A stretch of 64,000 bases of DNA from an uncultured Pelagibacteraceae bacterium (GTDB lineage Bacteria; Pseudomonadota; Alphaproteobacteria; Pelagibacterales; AG-422-B15). The stretch is taken from positions 105,002-169,001 of the forward strand of contig CACFAO010000001.1 of NCBI GenBank assembly GCA_902564295.1, in the 5' to 3' direction. Both the position numbers and the translations under genes were made by a program. Below the pieces are notes generated by a model, which was given only the letters and a program-made list of their open reading frames with translations, had not been told where the DNA came from and made no database searches. Below are positions 49,979 to 59,906 of this stretch, piece by piece (within the stretch, counting starts at the first letter, position 1; each line of letters starts with the position of its first letter).

Positions 49979-51050
49979 CGGCTCTCTTACCCTTCATAAA
50001 AATAGCATTCTTATCCAGAGGCCATCTTGGCCGGGGCTTAAAATTTAATTTATTGAATTTATTTCTTTCAAATCTTTCAATTCCAGCTAATGCAATCATT
50101 GCACCGTTATCAGTACAATACTTGATCGACGGAAATAAAAATTCACAATTTTCTCTTTTTTCAAGTTGTTTCAGTGAAATACGAATGCTTTTATTTGCAG
50201 CAACACCTCCAGCGACAACAATTTTTAAATTTTTTTTTGATTTTACGAGTTGTTTATATTCATTAATCGCATTTTGAGTTTTGGTGAAAATAATTTTATT
50301 TATAGTTGCTTGAAATGATGCAGACATGTCTTTTTTAAACTTTTCTGTACACCTATTTTTAGCAACAATATTTGCTACTGCAGATTTTAGGCCTGCAAAT
50401 GAAAAATATGCATTTTTTTCATGAATTAACGGCATAGGAAGTTTAAATTTTTTTTCATTACCTAAAGCAGCATATTTTTCAATTTCGGGGCCACCTGGAT
50501 AACCTAATTTTAGAAGACGGGCAGTTTTATCAAATGCTTCACCCAATGCGTCATCAATTGTTGTTCCAATTCGCTTGTAGTTATTAAAGTTTTTTATGAT
50601 CGTGTATTCCGTATGGCCCCCTGAAACTAATAACAACAGATAGGGGTATTCTATTTCTCTTTCTAGTTTAATTGAAAGAGCATGCCCCTCTAAATGATTC
50701 ACAGCGATGAAAGGCTTATTTAAGTAATGAGCAAGTGTTTTTCCAGCTACAACTCCAACGAGAAGTCCACCAAGCAAACCTGGTCCGGCGGTCGCAGATA
50801 TTGCATCAATCTTCTTAAACGTCATTTTTGCATCAGACAAAGCTTTCAGTACCAATTTATCAATTATATCGGAATGTGCTCGCGCTGCTAATTCTGGAAC
50901 AACGCCGCCATAAAATTTGTGAATATCAATTTGAGACTTAACTACGTTAGAAAGAACCCTGAATTTGTTGTTTGATTTCTCTACAATAGAAACTGACGTT
51001 TCATCACAACTCGATTCAATTCCTAATACGCGTATTATTTTTTTTGTCAT
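49962..51050 (-). CDS. tsaD: tRNA N6-adenosine threonylcarbamoyltransferase
   Basis: 362 aa with GIESSCDETS, NHLEGH, VSGGHT and GGVAAN. Confidence 0.95.
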   Translation of the reverse strand: MTKKIIRVLGIESSCDETSVSIVEKSNNKFRVLSNVVKSQIDIHKFYGGVVPELAARAHSDIIDKLVLKALSDAKMTFKKIDAISATAGPGLLGGLLVGVVAGKTLAHYLNKPFIAVNHLEGHALSIKLEREIEYPYLLLLVSGGHTEYTIIKNFNNYKRIGTTIDDALGEAFDKTARLLKLGYPGGPEIEKYAALGNEKKFKLPMPLIHEKNAYFSFAGLKSAVANIVAKNRCTEKFKKDMSASFQATINKIIFTKTQNAINEYKQLVKSKKNLKIVVAGGVAANKSIRISLKQLEKRENCEFLFPSIKYCTDNGAMIALAGIERFERNKFNKLNFKPRPRWPLDKNAIFMKGKRAVEGKY

Positions 51051-51093
51051 ACAATTAATAATGTATCATATATATATTTAAGAATATTTATTT

Positions 51094-52056
51094 ATGTCAA
51101 AATTAAACCAAATTTCCGTTGGAATTAGAGAAAGTAAGTTATCGCGAGCACAAACCGATATATTGCTTAAACAATTAATAAACGCCACAGATAATATGAG
51201 CATCGAGTCATTTAGTATAAAGACTATAAAGACGAAAGGAGATATTCATAATGTTCATCGGCTTGATCAAATTGGCGGTAAAGGTTTATTTATAAAGGAA
51301 ATTGAAAAAAATATAATAAATTCGTCGGTCGATGTTGGTATTCATTCCATGAAAGACGTTCCTGCAGAGGACAGTTTTAATGATCTTGAAATTATTTGTT
51401 GGCTTGAAAGAGAAAATCATCGAGATGCGTTAATATCAAATTCAGGTCAAAAGTTTTTTGACCTACCTCCTGGAGCCATTATCGGCACGAGCTCAATAAG
51501 GAGACGTGCTCAAATACTATCCTTGAGAAAAGATCTAAGAATTAAATTGCTAAGAGGGAATGTAGATACTCGAATTAAAAAGCTCAGGGAAAATAATTAT
51601 GATGCAATCATTCTTAGTCTTGCCGGACTTAAACGATTAGGATTAATTGATCATGTAACAGAAGAACTGAATGAAGAGCAGTTCCCACCAGCAGCCAGCC
51701 AAGGCACTGTAGGAGTACAGTCAAAACGTGGCAGTATTTTAAAAAAATTGTTTGGATTAATTAATCATCATAAAACAGAAATTGAATCATTAACCGAGAG
51801 AGAGGTTTTGAAAAAAATAAATGCTAATTGTAATAGCCCCATATCTGTTTATGCAAAGATTACAGACAATATGATTTCATTAAAATGTGATATTTATGAT
51901 CATGAGGGTAATAAATTATTTTCAAATAAAATTTTAGATGAAAAGAATCAATACGTAAGACTAGCTAACAACCTCGCCAAGTTAATTTTAGATGATATTG
52001 GTCAAGAAAAAATAGACAAATTAGATGAATTAAATGATTTTGATTACGCGCCCTAA
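51094..52056 (+). CDS. hemC: hydroxymethylbilane synthase (porphobilinogen deaminase)
   Basis: 320 aa with GIRESKLSRAQT, GGKGLFIKEIE, HSMKDVP, SSIRRRAQ and LRGNVDTR. Confidence 0.92.
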   Translation: MSKLNQISVGIRESKLSRAQTDILLKQLINATDNMSIESFSIKTIKTKGDIHNVHRLDQIGGKGLFIKEIEKNIINSSVDVGIHSMKDVPAEDSFNDLEIICWLERENHRDALISNSGQKFFDLPPGAIIGTSSIRRRAQILSLRKDLRIKLLRGNVDTRIKKLRENNYDAIILSLAGLKRLGLIDHVTEELNEEQFPPAASQGTVGVQSKRGSILKKLFGLINHHKTEIESLTEREVLKKINANCNSPISVYAKITDNMISLKCDIYDHEGNKLFSNKILDEKNQYVRLANNLAKLILDDIGQEKIDKLDELNDFDYAP

Positions 52057-52765
52057 ACTTGAAGCAAAAGAACTCAGTGTAAAGCTTTTAGATATTAAAA
52101 TTAATGTACATTGCGACTCATTGATATCTTTTAACTATGATAATACATGGGTAAAAAAACAAAACCTATTAGATGTAAAAACAGTTTGTCTACTTACAAG
52201 TGTTCAAGCTGCTTTATCAATAGAAAAAATATATTCTCTTAACCAATATTTTGAAAATGTGAAAATTATTTGTATTGGTGAGAGAGTTTCAAATTACTTA
52301 AAGGGGAAATCGGTCAAAAACATTTTATATACATTTCAAGATAGTAATCAATTGATGTCAGAATTAGATTTTCAAAATTTGAAAGAAAACAACTTGATTT
52401 ATTTTTGTGGCAACAACTACAACGCACACTTAGTCGAACAGATAAAATCAAAAGATATTAAATGTGAACCAATAGTTGTTTATCATTCAGAAGTTACAAA
52501 TGAACTAAAACCTGAAACTCGAGCGATGATTGAAACAAATAAAATTAATTGTGTTGCACTATATTCACAGTTTAGCGCAAATATTTTTATGGATTTGCTT
52601 CAAAAAGCAAAGTTATCAGAGTCCTTCCGTAATAAAAAATTTTTTTGTTTGAGTAAAAAAATATCAAAGATTGTAAATTCAGGAAACTTCAATAATACAG
52701 TCACCTCACCTCTGCCAAATGAACAATCCATGATAGATGTGATAAAAAAATCACTTTCTGTATAA
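52034..52765 (+). CDS. hemD: uroporphyrinogen-III synthase
   Basis: 243 aa with an ILITRP N-terminus. It overlaps the 3' end of hemC in the usual hemC-hemD order, but sequence conservation is low. Confidence 0.65.
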   Translation: MILITRPKLEAKELSVKLLDIKINVHCDSLISFNYDNTWVKKQNLLDVKTVCLLTSVQAALSIEKIYSLNQYFENVKIICIGERVSNYLKGKSVKNILYTFQDSNQLMSELDFQNLKENNLIYFCGNNYNAHLVEQIKSKDIKCEPIVVYHSEVTNELKPETRAMIETNKINCVALYSQFSANIFMDLLQKAKLSESFRNKKFFCLSKKISKIVNSGNFNNTVTSPLPNEQSMIDVIKKSLSV

Positions 52766-53059
52766 TAATTAAGTATTTAAGTGATTAGGGGTGGTTAGAG
52801 AAATGAAAATTTATTAAAAAAAGGCTATTTATAGCCATTTCTTCTTCAAATAAATATAACAATAAAATTGAAATAATAACTTTAAGATCTTGACTAATTT
52901 GTAGATTTTAGTTCAATACTCTAAATTATTAAATTCTAAGTATTTCTGTCTGTGATAGATTTGCAATAGATATGATAGTAATGTGTTTTTTACGTTACTC
53001 TTAATAGTATAAAGATTAACGTCAATTAAAATGAACAACTTAAACAGGGGGAAATGTTC

Positions 53060-55990
53060 ATGAAAAGTATGAGAAGAAATATTACAGCTTTATTAGCTAC
53101 AACGTTGTTAGTCTCACTAACTACGTTTTCAGTTAAAGCTCTAGAAATAAATAATCCAATGTTCAGTGGTACTGCAAACACTACGGTTACTTCAGGATTC
53201 TCAGTAAGAGCTTCTGAAAGAAATTGTATGCTTCAAGCAGGAGAAAGTTTTAATACCGCAAGCGGAGATCATGTATTAAACGCTACTGGTCTTGGAGGCG
53301 CTGCACTTAAAGCATCAGCTTACGGTGTTGATGCATCAAAGTTCCTGAGTGGTGGAACTAAAAACTATGATTATAGTGGCGTATGTTCAAAAAGATTAAG
53401 TGATGCTTATGGCAATACTTCAACCAACCCCCTTGATCTTGGTTCGCAAAATAACGACGATGGTAATTTGAACTATGATGACGGTGATATAATTGATGCC
53501 ACACAAAAAGTGTTTACTGAAATTGATGGAAGTCTTGCAGATGGAACTGGACTTACTTTGTCATTTATTGCTAACTACAACCCTGTTAATGACATTAGTG
53601 GTGCAAATTTCGTTGCATTAACCTCTGACGCTAAAGACGAACTTGAAAGCGACTTTACTTTATTAAATGCGTATCTTACGACTGGCTTTGAAGCTGGCAA
53701 TGCAGGATATGTAGATGTTACTCTAGGTCGTTATGTTACAAGTTGGGGTGAAGCAACATTCATTCCAGTTGGTGCAAATGGTTTGGTTACAAACGCGCTT
53801 GATCTAACTGCTTTAAGAGCTCCAGGCGCAAGTATTAGAGACGCATTGCTGCCTACAGAACAAATTACATTTAACGGTTCAATAGATAATGTTGGCTTTG
53901 AAGTTTACTACCAGTTCGCAAACGATAGTGTTGAAACAGATCCTAAAGGATCTTTCTTTGGCAACGATGTTGTTGGTGTCGGTGGTGATCGTATTCTTGC
54001 AAGTGGTGGATATCAGAATGAATTACAAGGCCCTGTATATTGTACTTATACATACAACGTAGCTCTAGGAAATGCATGTGATGCCGATTCAAAGGCTTAT
54101 CATTTAGCAGCTGCTACAAGAGCAAACAATGATACCGAGGCAATTTTGCAAAGAGCATATCAAAACGCAACTCTTGTTGACTGGGCCACATGGACAGCAA
54201 CTGCGGCTGCAGGAGATCATGGTCAATTGCTTGCAGGTGAGGCTGGTTTAAAAGTTAATAACACACTTGAGAATTTTACTACAGCTGCCGCTGGTTTAGC
54301 TAATCTTAACACTATCTATACTGATAATGTCGCTGAAGCTGCTTTTGATAACGCGGCGAGTGTTCAGTTAATGGTAAATGAACAAAAGTTTGTTGACTCA
54401 AAAGATGACGGTCAATACGGAATCAGACTTAATACGTACCTTGAAGATGTTGGTACTGGAGTCGATGTAAACTTCTACTATGCAAACTACCATTCAAAAG
54501 TTCCATACATTCAAATTGTTGGAGAAGGTGGAGTACTTGCAGGTGATATCATGGGATCTTACAACTACGCATTAGCTGATTTGCAAGGTTCTATTTTAAA
54601 TGATGGAGCGGACGCCGCTGGCTTTATGACAGCCGAGGATGGAGCATCTGCTTCTCAACTTCTAATGCAACAAGCGCTACTTGAAGGCGGTTACGGCAGT
54701 GGATTATGTGCTGGCCTTGGTGCTTCTTTAGGTGCTGCTGCGATGGCGCCTGATGGAACAGCAAGCTTTGAGCAAAAAGAAGCTTATAAGAATATCACAC
54801 ACAAAGTTTTAATCGAAGGTGAGCTAGTGCATGATCCAAGCACTTGTTCAGTTTACGGTAGTTCAATTAATACAATCCTTGGTGTAACACCGGCAATTGC
54901 TGGTGCTGTGTTCCCATTAAACCAAGCAACTTATAGATTCATTTATCCTGAAGATAATGAAATCTTTGGTGTAAGTATGAACACAAATGTTGGTCCTACG
55001 ACTGTTCAAGCGGAACTTTCATATCGTCCTGACTTCCCGCTTGCAACAAATGCGTCTGATCAAATTAACCAAATAGCTGATGCTGCTGGGGTTTCAGCAG
55101 CTTTAACTGCTTTCGGTCACGATACGTACGCCTTAACACCGGCAAATGCTACTGCAGGTGTTGTACTTCCAAATTTAGTTGATGCAGTTGCTGGAACAGG
55201 TACTTTTGAAAGTCTTGTTAAAAATGTAAGAAGATCATCGCTTCCATTTATTAGCGATACAGGAAGTGCCACAGCTGATTATTATTCTACAGCTTTTGTC
55301 AATTATGATGTGATGTCACTTGATATTGGTACCACTACCTCATTTACTGCATCTCATCCAATTACAAAAAGTTTAGGTGCAGACAGCGCAGTTCTTCTTA
55401 CAGAACTCGCAATGGTTGAAATTGATGGCCTAGACAATAACACAAATGGTTTTGTTGCTCGCGGAGGTGCTGGATTTAATGAAGGTGCTGGTGAGTTCCT
55501 ATGTCTTGGTGTTTTCCAGGGACTTACGGCTGCCCAGCTTGCAGGAGTAAATACTGCAATTGCTGCTAACGCTTCACTTGGAGAAGACTGGCAAATTGAT
55601 TACGACCTTTCAAATGGTGCTGGTGTAAGTAACATTGGCGCAGGCATTGTTGATGCTGTATTTGGTAACGGTAGTTATTGTGAAGGTCAAATGGGTGCTG
55701 ATGAGAGATCATACAGCTACAGAATAGTTGGTAGCGCAACCTATAATAACTTTGCAAATTCGCCATGGGCAGTATCGCCAAACTTCGCTTGGTCATCTGA
55801 TCCATCTGGATATGGTCCAGCTTCACTCGGAGGATTCTCTGAGGGCAGATCTAGTCTTTCAATTGGAGTTACAGCTCAAAATGATGGCGTTGCAGCCTCA
55901 TTAAGCTATGTGGATCAAATGGGCGACGACATGGATAACCTAAGAAATGATATGGACTTTGTTTCCGCATCAGTATCTTACTCATTTTAA
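53060..55990 (+). CDS. DUF1302-family outer-membrane protein (unusually long)
   Basis: It has a signal peptide (...TTFSVKA). The hallmark LGRYVTSWGEATFIPVGANGLVTNALDLTALRAPGA matches the DUF1302 core, and the C-terminus is aromatic (SVSYSF). I prefer the ATG at 53060, 8 nt after a GGGGG run. Confidence 0.7.
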   Translation: MKSMRRNITALLATTLLVSLTTFSVKALEINNPMFSGTANTTVTSGFSVRASERNCMLQAGESFNTASGDHVLNATGLGGAALKASAYGVDASKFLSGGTKNYDYSGVCSKRLSDAYGNTSTNPLDLGSQNNDDGNLNYDDGDIIDATQKVFTEIDGSLADGTGLTLSFIANYNPVNDISGANFVALTSDAKDELESDFTLLNAYLTTGFEAGNAGYVDVTLGRYVTSWGEATFIPVGANGLVTNALDLTALRAPGASIRDALLPTEQITFNGSIDNVGFEVYYQFANDSVETDPKGSFFGNDVVGVGGDRILASGGYQNELQGPVYCTYTYNVALGNACDADSKAYHLAAATRANNDTEAILQRAYQNATLVDWATWTATAAAGDHGQLLAGEAGLKVNNTLENFTTAAAGLANLNTIYTDNVAEAAFDNAASVQLMVNEQKFVDSKDDGQYGIRLNTYLEDVGTGVDVNFYYANYHSKVPYIQIVGEGGVLAGDIMGSYNYALADLQGSILNDGADAAGFMTAEDGASASQLLMQQALLEGGYGSGLCAGLGASLGAAAMAPDGTASFEQKEAYKNITHKVLIEGELVHDPSTCSVYGSSINTILGVTPAIAGAVFPLNQATYRFIYPEDNEIFGVSMNTNVGPTTVQAELSYRPDFPLATNASDQINQIADAAGVSAALTAFGHDTYALTPANATAGVVLPNLVDAVAGTGTFESLVKNVRRSSLPFISDTGSATADYYSTAFVNYDVMSLDIGTTTSFTASHPITKSLGADSAVLLTELAMVEIDGLDNNTNGFVARGGAGFNEGAGEFLCLGVFQGLTAAQLAGVNTAIAANASLGEDWQIDYDLSNGAGVSNIGAGIVDAVFGNGSYCEGQMGADERSYSYRIVGSATYNNFANSPWAVSPNFAWSSDPSGYGPASLGGFSEGRSSLSIGVTAQNDGVAASLSYVDQMGDDMDNLRNDMDFVSASVSYSF

Positions 55991-56008
55991 TTTAGGGAGA
56001 GGAATAAA

Positions 56009-57217
56009 ATGAATATAAAAAAATTAATTATCACACTATTTGCTGCAACGGGCCTAATGGTTGCGTCTGCTGCTGCCGATGGACACAAGTATACGATCGA
56101 TAATTCGAACTATACTGAATATACTGATATGTTGTCAGCCGGACAGGTTACAATGTTTTCAGCATATCCTGACACATATAAAATGCATGTGTATGAAACT
56201 GGAGCAGATTGTAAAGCTCCAACTGCCGTAACAGCCATTTCACAATCAAATGGTCAAATGGTGAATGATAACGAAGGTTTTGAAGTTCCAAACATGGGTC
56301 AGATTCCTTTCCCAAACCCTACGGAAGCTCAACACTTTATTTGGAATATGAGAATGAACTCAAGTCACGTTTCTAACGTTTTTCGTGTTGCAACGTCGAC
56401 AAATGTTCAAGCTGATGGTTCTGTAATCGTTGGTCAGCAAGAAACAAATATTGTTTTCCCAAGAAATCCAAATGCTAAATCTCAATACGCTGATAAAAAT
56501 ATCTATGCAATGTTCATGCAGAAAAACCTTGGTCCACCAAGATCAGCTGGAACTACAACTCTAGTTCATGACTTTATTGATAGTTATGTACAGCCGCGTA
56601 AGGCATGGCAGTATAACCCTGCAACTAGACGTGTAAGAAGAGCACCTGATATCACATATGATACAGTTCTTCTTGCTGGTGGTGGTATTGTCGTTGTTGA
56701 TCAGTATGGTGGGTTTAATGGAGCTCAAGATAAGTATGACTGGACGTATGAAGGCATGAAAACTATGGTCGTGCCTGCTTCTAATGATGCACTTGCTGAG
56801 AATGCAATTGAGACAACACATTCTCAATACCATTTAAATCCTGATTATGTTCGCTATGAAGAAAGAGATGTGCATATTATTCACGCCCAGTTAAAACCTG
56901 GGCAAAGACATTTATATGCTTCTAGAACGTTCTACATCATGGATGATGAGTTCTCTAACTTGTCTATCATGGACGCTTACGATGATAACCAAGAACTAAT
57001 GAGACATTACATCGGAACGTATATTACTGGAGTAGAAGGCACGGATGCAACTCAGTGTAACATTCAAGGAGAATTTACATTTGACTTCGCTACAAGAACC
57101 TACACTGGTAACAACCAATTAGGCTCTGGTTTTAGCACTGTTCCAACTGTTTACAATGGTGATGAAAAGCCAGCTAGCTTCTTTACTCCTGATGGATTAA
57201 GACGTTACGCAAGGTAA
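56009..57217 (+). CDS. DUF1329-family periplasmic/outer-membrane-associated protein (LolA-like fold family)
   Basis: 402 aa with a signal peptide. VVVDQYGGFNGAQDKYDWTYEGMKTMVVP and RTFYIMDDEF resemble DUF1329 motifs. A strong SD (GGGAGAGGA) lies upstream. Confidence 0.7.
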   Translation: MNIKKLIITLFAATGLMVASAAADGHKYTIDNSNYTEYTDMLSAGQVTMFSAYPDTYKMHVYETGADCKAPTAVTAISQSNGQMVNDNEGFEVPNMGQIPFPNPTEAQHFIWNMRMNSSHVSNVFRVATSTNVQADGSVIVGQQETNIVFPRNPNAKSQYADKNIYAMFMQKNLGPPRSAGTTTLVHDFIDSYVQPRKAWQYNPATRRVRRAPDITYDTVLLAGGGIVVVDQYGGFNGAQDKYDWTYEGMKTMVVPASNDALAENAIETTHSQYHLNPDYVRYEERDVHIIHAQLKPGQRHLYASRTFYIMDDEFSNLSIMDAYDDNQELMRHYIGTYITGVEGTDATQCNIQGEFTFDFATRTYTGNNQLGSGFSTVPTVYNGDEKPASFFTPDGLRRYAR

Positions 57218-57244
57218 AACTTCTACTTTTACTACTAAAATTCT

Positions 57245-57277
57245 AAACCCGACTTGAAAATTTTAAGTCGGGTTTTA
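57245..57277 (+). terminator. Rho-independent terminator (or attenuator) after the DUF1329 gene
   Basis: AAACCCGACTT-N9-AAGTCGGGTTT forms an 11-bp stem running into a T tract. It lies 17 nt before the next ATG. Confidence 0.7.
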
Positions 57278-57293
57278 ATTTCTGAAATGGGCT

Positions 57294-58424
57294 ATGAAAT
57301 TAAAATCATTAGTATACTTATTAAGCTTTACACTTTGTTGTAATATTCTTGTAGCATCTCAGTTTAATTATGGGAGTGAATTTGCAGCAAAATCTCCTAA
57401 CGCACATAAAGCTCTTATAAATGCTCTAGAAAAATCTGGTGATCGAATATTTGGCGTTGGTGTTCATGGTATTATTGTTTATTCAGATGATGAAGGTGAT
57501 ACTTGGACACAAGCAGACGAGGTACCTTTCACTAAAACTTTGACAGATATCAGCTGTCCAAGTCAGAATAAATGCTGGGCAACCGGACATGACGCAACTA
57601 TCTTGCACTCATTTGATGGAGGACAAACGTGGGAAATTCAGTATCAAGATATAGATTTTGATGCTCCTTTGCTCTCAATTCACATGTATGACGATTATGA
57701 AGGGGTAGCATTAGGAGCTTTTGCTTTATCGCTTAGAACTGCAAACGGAGGTATCAGCTGGGATTATTTGTTTATCGATGATGATGAATTTCAACCTCAT
57801 TTAAATTACACTTACGGAGACAATCAAGGCTGGAGAAAATCTGCACAAAATGAGGGCTATGCAGTAGGTGAGCTTGGTAAATATTACATCACGGACGATA
57901 GAGGTCTCAACTGGTTAGCAATTGAGACTGGATACATGGGTTCGTATTGGTCAGGAATTAAAGTTGATCAGGGCCAATCACTTCTCCTTGGCATGTCAGG
58001 TAATATTACACTTGCAACTCTTTATGGATTAAATGATCCAGTTCCTCCTGATAAAATAACATCCATAGCATGTTATGAGTCCGGATATTATCGTGGTGAC
58101 TGTAAGGTATATGCCTTTGATGATATATTTATTGGCACAAAAAACAGTCTGACAAATGCCGATCTTCTTGATGATGGAAGAATTGTTTTAAGCGGAAACG
58201 GTGGAGTAATTTCGGTTGTAGACATGATAAGAGAAAAAAAAATTATAACATGTGTTAGATCTGATCGTCTCAGCAACACCTCAGTCATTCCCTTGGGTAT
58301 TGACGAATTTTTAATTGCAGGTGAAAGTGGAGTAAGGAAGCATAGCATGGAAGAATGCTACCAGAACTTCGTTTCAGAGGATTCAACTTCTCAGGATGCT
58401 TTCTACGAAGTAAGCATAAATTAA
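57294..58424 (+). CDS. BNR/Asp-box repeat beta-propeller protein (Ycf48-like)
   Basis: 376 aa with a signal peptide and four clear Asp-boxes: SDDEGDTW, SFDGGQTW, TANGGISW and TDDRGLNW. Confidence 0.75.
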   Translation: MKLKSLVYLLSFTLCCNILVASQFNYGSEFAAKSPNAHKALINALEKSGDRIFGVGVHGIIVYSDDEGDTWTQADEVPFTKTLTDISCPSQNKCWATGHDATILHSFDGGQTWEIQYQDIDFDAPLLSIHMYDDYEGVALGAFALSLRTANGGISWDYLFIDDDEFQPHLNYTYGDNQGWRKSAQNEGYAVGELGKYYITDDRGLNWLAIETGYMGSYWSGIKVDQGQSLLLGMSGNITLATLYGLNDPVPPDKITSIACYESGYYRGDCKVYAFDDIFIGTKNSLTNADLLDDGRIVLSGNGGVISVVDMIREKKIITCVRSDRLSNTSVIPLGIDEFLIAGESGVRKHSMEECYQNFVSEDSTSQDAFYEVSIN

Positions 58425-59194
58425 TGTCACGGGTTGCAGGTAAAGTTGCAATAATCACTGGCGCGGCCTCTGGATTGGGTTACGCAGCAGCAGTTAAATT
58501 GATGAGTGAAGGTGCAAAAGTTATGCTTTCAGATATTAATGAAGAAATGTTGAATACAATGCCTGAAAGACTTAAGGATTTTAGTGAGACACAATTTAAA
58601 ACTTTTGTTCACGATGTCACAAATGAGCAGGCCTGGATTGATTTAATTGAAAGGACACAAAGTGAGTTTGGAAAAATAAACATTCTTATTAACAGTGCTG
58701 GTATTTCACTTGGCGCTGATATTGTTTCTACAGAATTTGATGTATGGAAAAAAGTTCACCAGGTTAACTTAGATAGTGTCTTTTTGGGATGTAAATATGC
58801 TATTCCAGTAATGAGTAAATCTGGACAAGGTTCAATTATAAATATTTCATCCATTTCTGGAATTGTTGCTGGTTGGAACACGGCTGCTTATAATTCTTCA
58901 AAAGCAGGTGTTCGCTTATTAAGTAAATCAGTAGCATTGTATTGCGCTAAAAAAGGATATGATGTTCGCTGCAATTCAGTTCATCCGGCTTTTGTAAATA
59001 CACCAATTCTGGATCCTATTAAGCAAGCATTTGGTGCTGACGAAGCAGTAGCGAAGCTGTCTCGTCAAATACCAATGAATAAAATTGGTGACACTGATGA
59101 TGTTTCTTACGCAATTTTATACTTAGCCTCAGATGAGTCAAAATTTATGACAGGGACAGAAATTGTTCTTGATGGCGGTCTAAGCGCAATGTAA
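58424..59194 (+). CDS. short-chain dehydrogenase/reductase (classical SDR)
   Basis: I prefer the ATG at 58424 (MSRVAGKVAIITGAASGLG), which forms a TAATG overlap with the BNR gene stop. NSAG, the catalytic S...YNSSK and PAFVNTP are present. Confidence 0.88.
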   Translation: MSRVAGKVAIITGAASGLGYAAAVKLMSEGAKVMLSDINEEMLNTMPERLKDFSETQFKTFVHDVTNEQAWIDLIERTQSEFGKINILINSAGISLGADIVSTEFDVWKKVHQVNLDSVFLGCKYAIPVMSKSGQGSIINISSISGIVAGWNTAAYNSSKAGVRLLSKSVALYCAKKGYDVRCNSVHPAFVNTPILDPIKQAFGADEAVAKLSRQIPMNKIGDTDDVSYAILYLASDESKFMTGTEIVLDGGLSAM

Positions 59195-59210
59195 CTTCGT
59201 TTCTGTAAAA

Positions 59211-59906
59211 ATGAAGTCAAAAAAAGCATTAATGATTGTCCACCAGCCTCGATCGAGCACAGGTGACGTAGGATTAAAATTACGTGACAGAGGTTATGAA
59301 TTGGATGTTCGCCGCCCAGTCATTGGTGAAAAACTACCCGACTCAATGAATGATCACGATGTTGCAGTCATTTATGGCGGGCCACCAAGTGCCAATGATG
59401 ATTTAGATTATATCAAACTTGAAATCGATTGGATCACAGTTGCCTTAGAGTCAAAAAAACCATTGCTGGGTATATGTCTTGGAGCTCAAATGCTTGCAAA
59501 AAATTTGGGTGGAACCGTTCAACGAGCCAAGGATCAGCAATTTGAAATTGGATTTTATGATTTACAGCCAACAGGAGAAGGTCATAAAATATTTCAAAAT
59601 CAAAAAACATTTTTTCAATGGCATAAAGAGGGCTTTAAGGTTCCAAAAGAATGTGATGTTCTTGCTTACGGTGAAACTTTTCCGCAGCAAGCATTCAAGT
59701 ATAAAAATGCAGTGGGCATTCAATTTCACCCTGAAGTAAATCTTAAAATGCATTTAAGGTGGTTGTATTATGCGGGTTATATGCTAAGAGAAAAAGGAGC
59801 TCAAAAACGTCAATATCAAATGGATCAAAGACTTAGTCATGGTAAAAAAATCAATATGTGGTTAGACTCTTTTTTAGATAATTATTTTCTTATAGATAAA
59901 TCATGA
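59211..59906 (+). CDS. class I glutamine amidotransferase-like protein (stand-alone GATase1)
   Basis: 231 aa. LLGICLGAQML carries the nucleophile Cys, and IQFHPE the His/Glu. Confidence 0.8.
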   Translation: MKSKKALMIVHQPRSSTGDVGLKLRDRGYELDVRRPVIGEKLPDSMNDHDVAVIYGGPPSANDDLDYIKLEIDWITVALESKKPLLGICLGAQMLAKNLGGTVQRAKDQQFEIGFYDLQPTGEGHKIFQNQKTFFQWHKEGFKVPKECDVLAYGETFPQQAFKYKNAVGIQFHPEVNLKMHLRWLYYAGYMLREKGAQKRQYQMDQRLSHGKKINMWLDSFLDNYFLIDKS

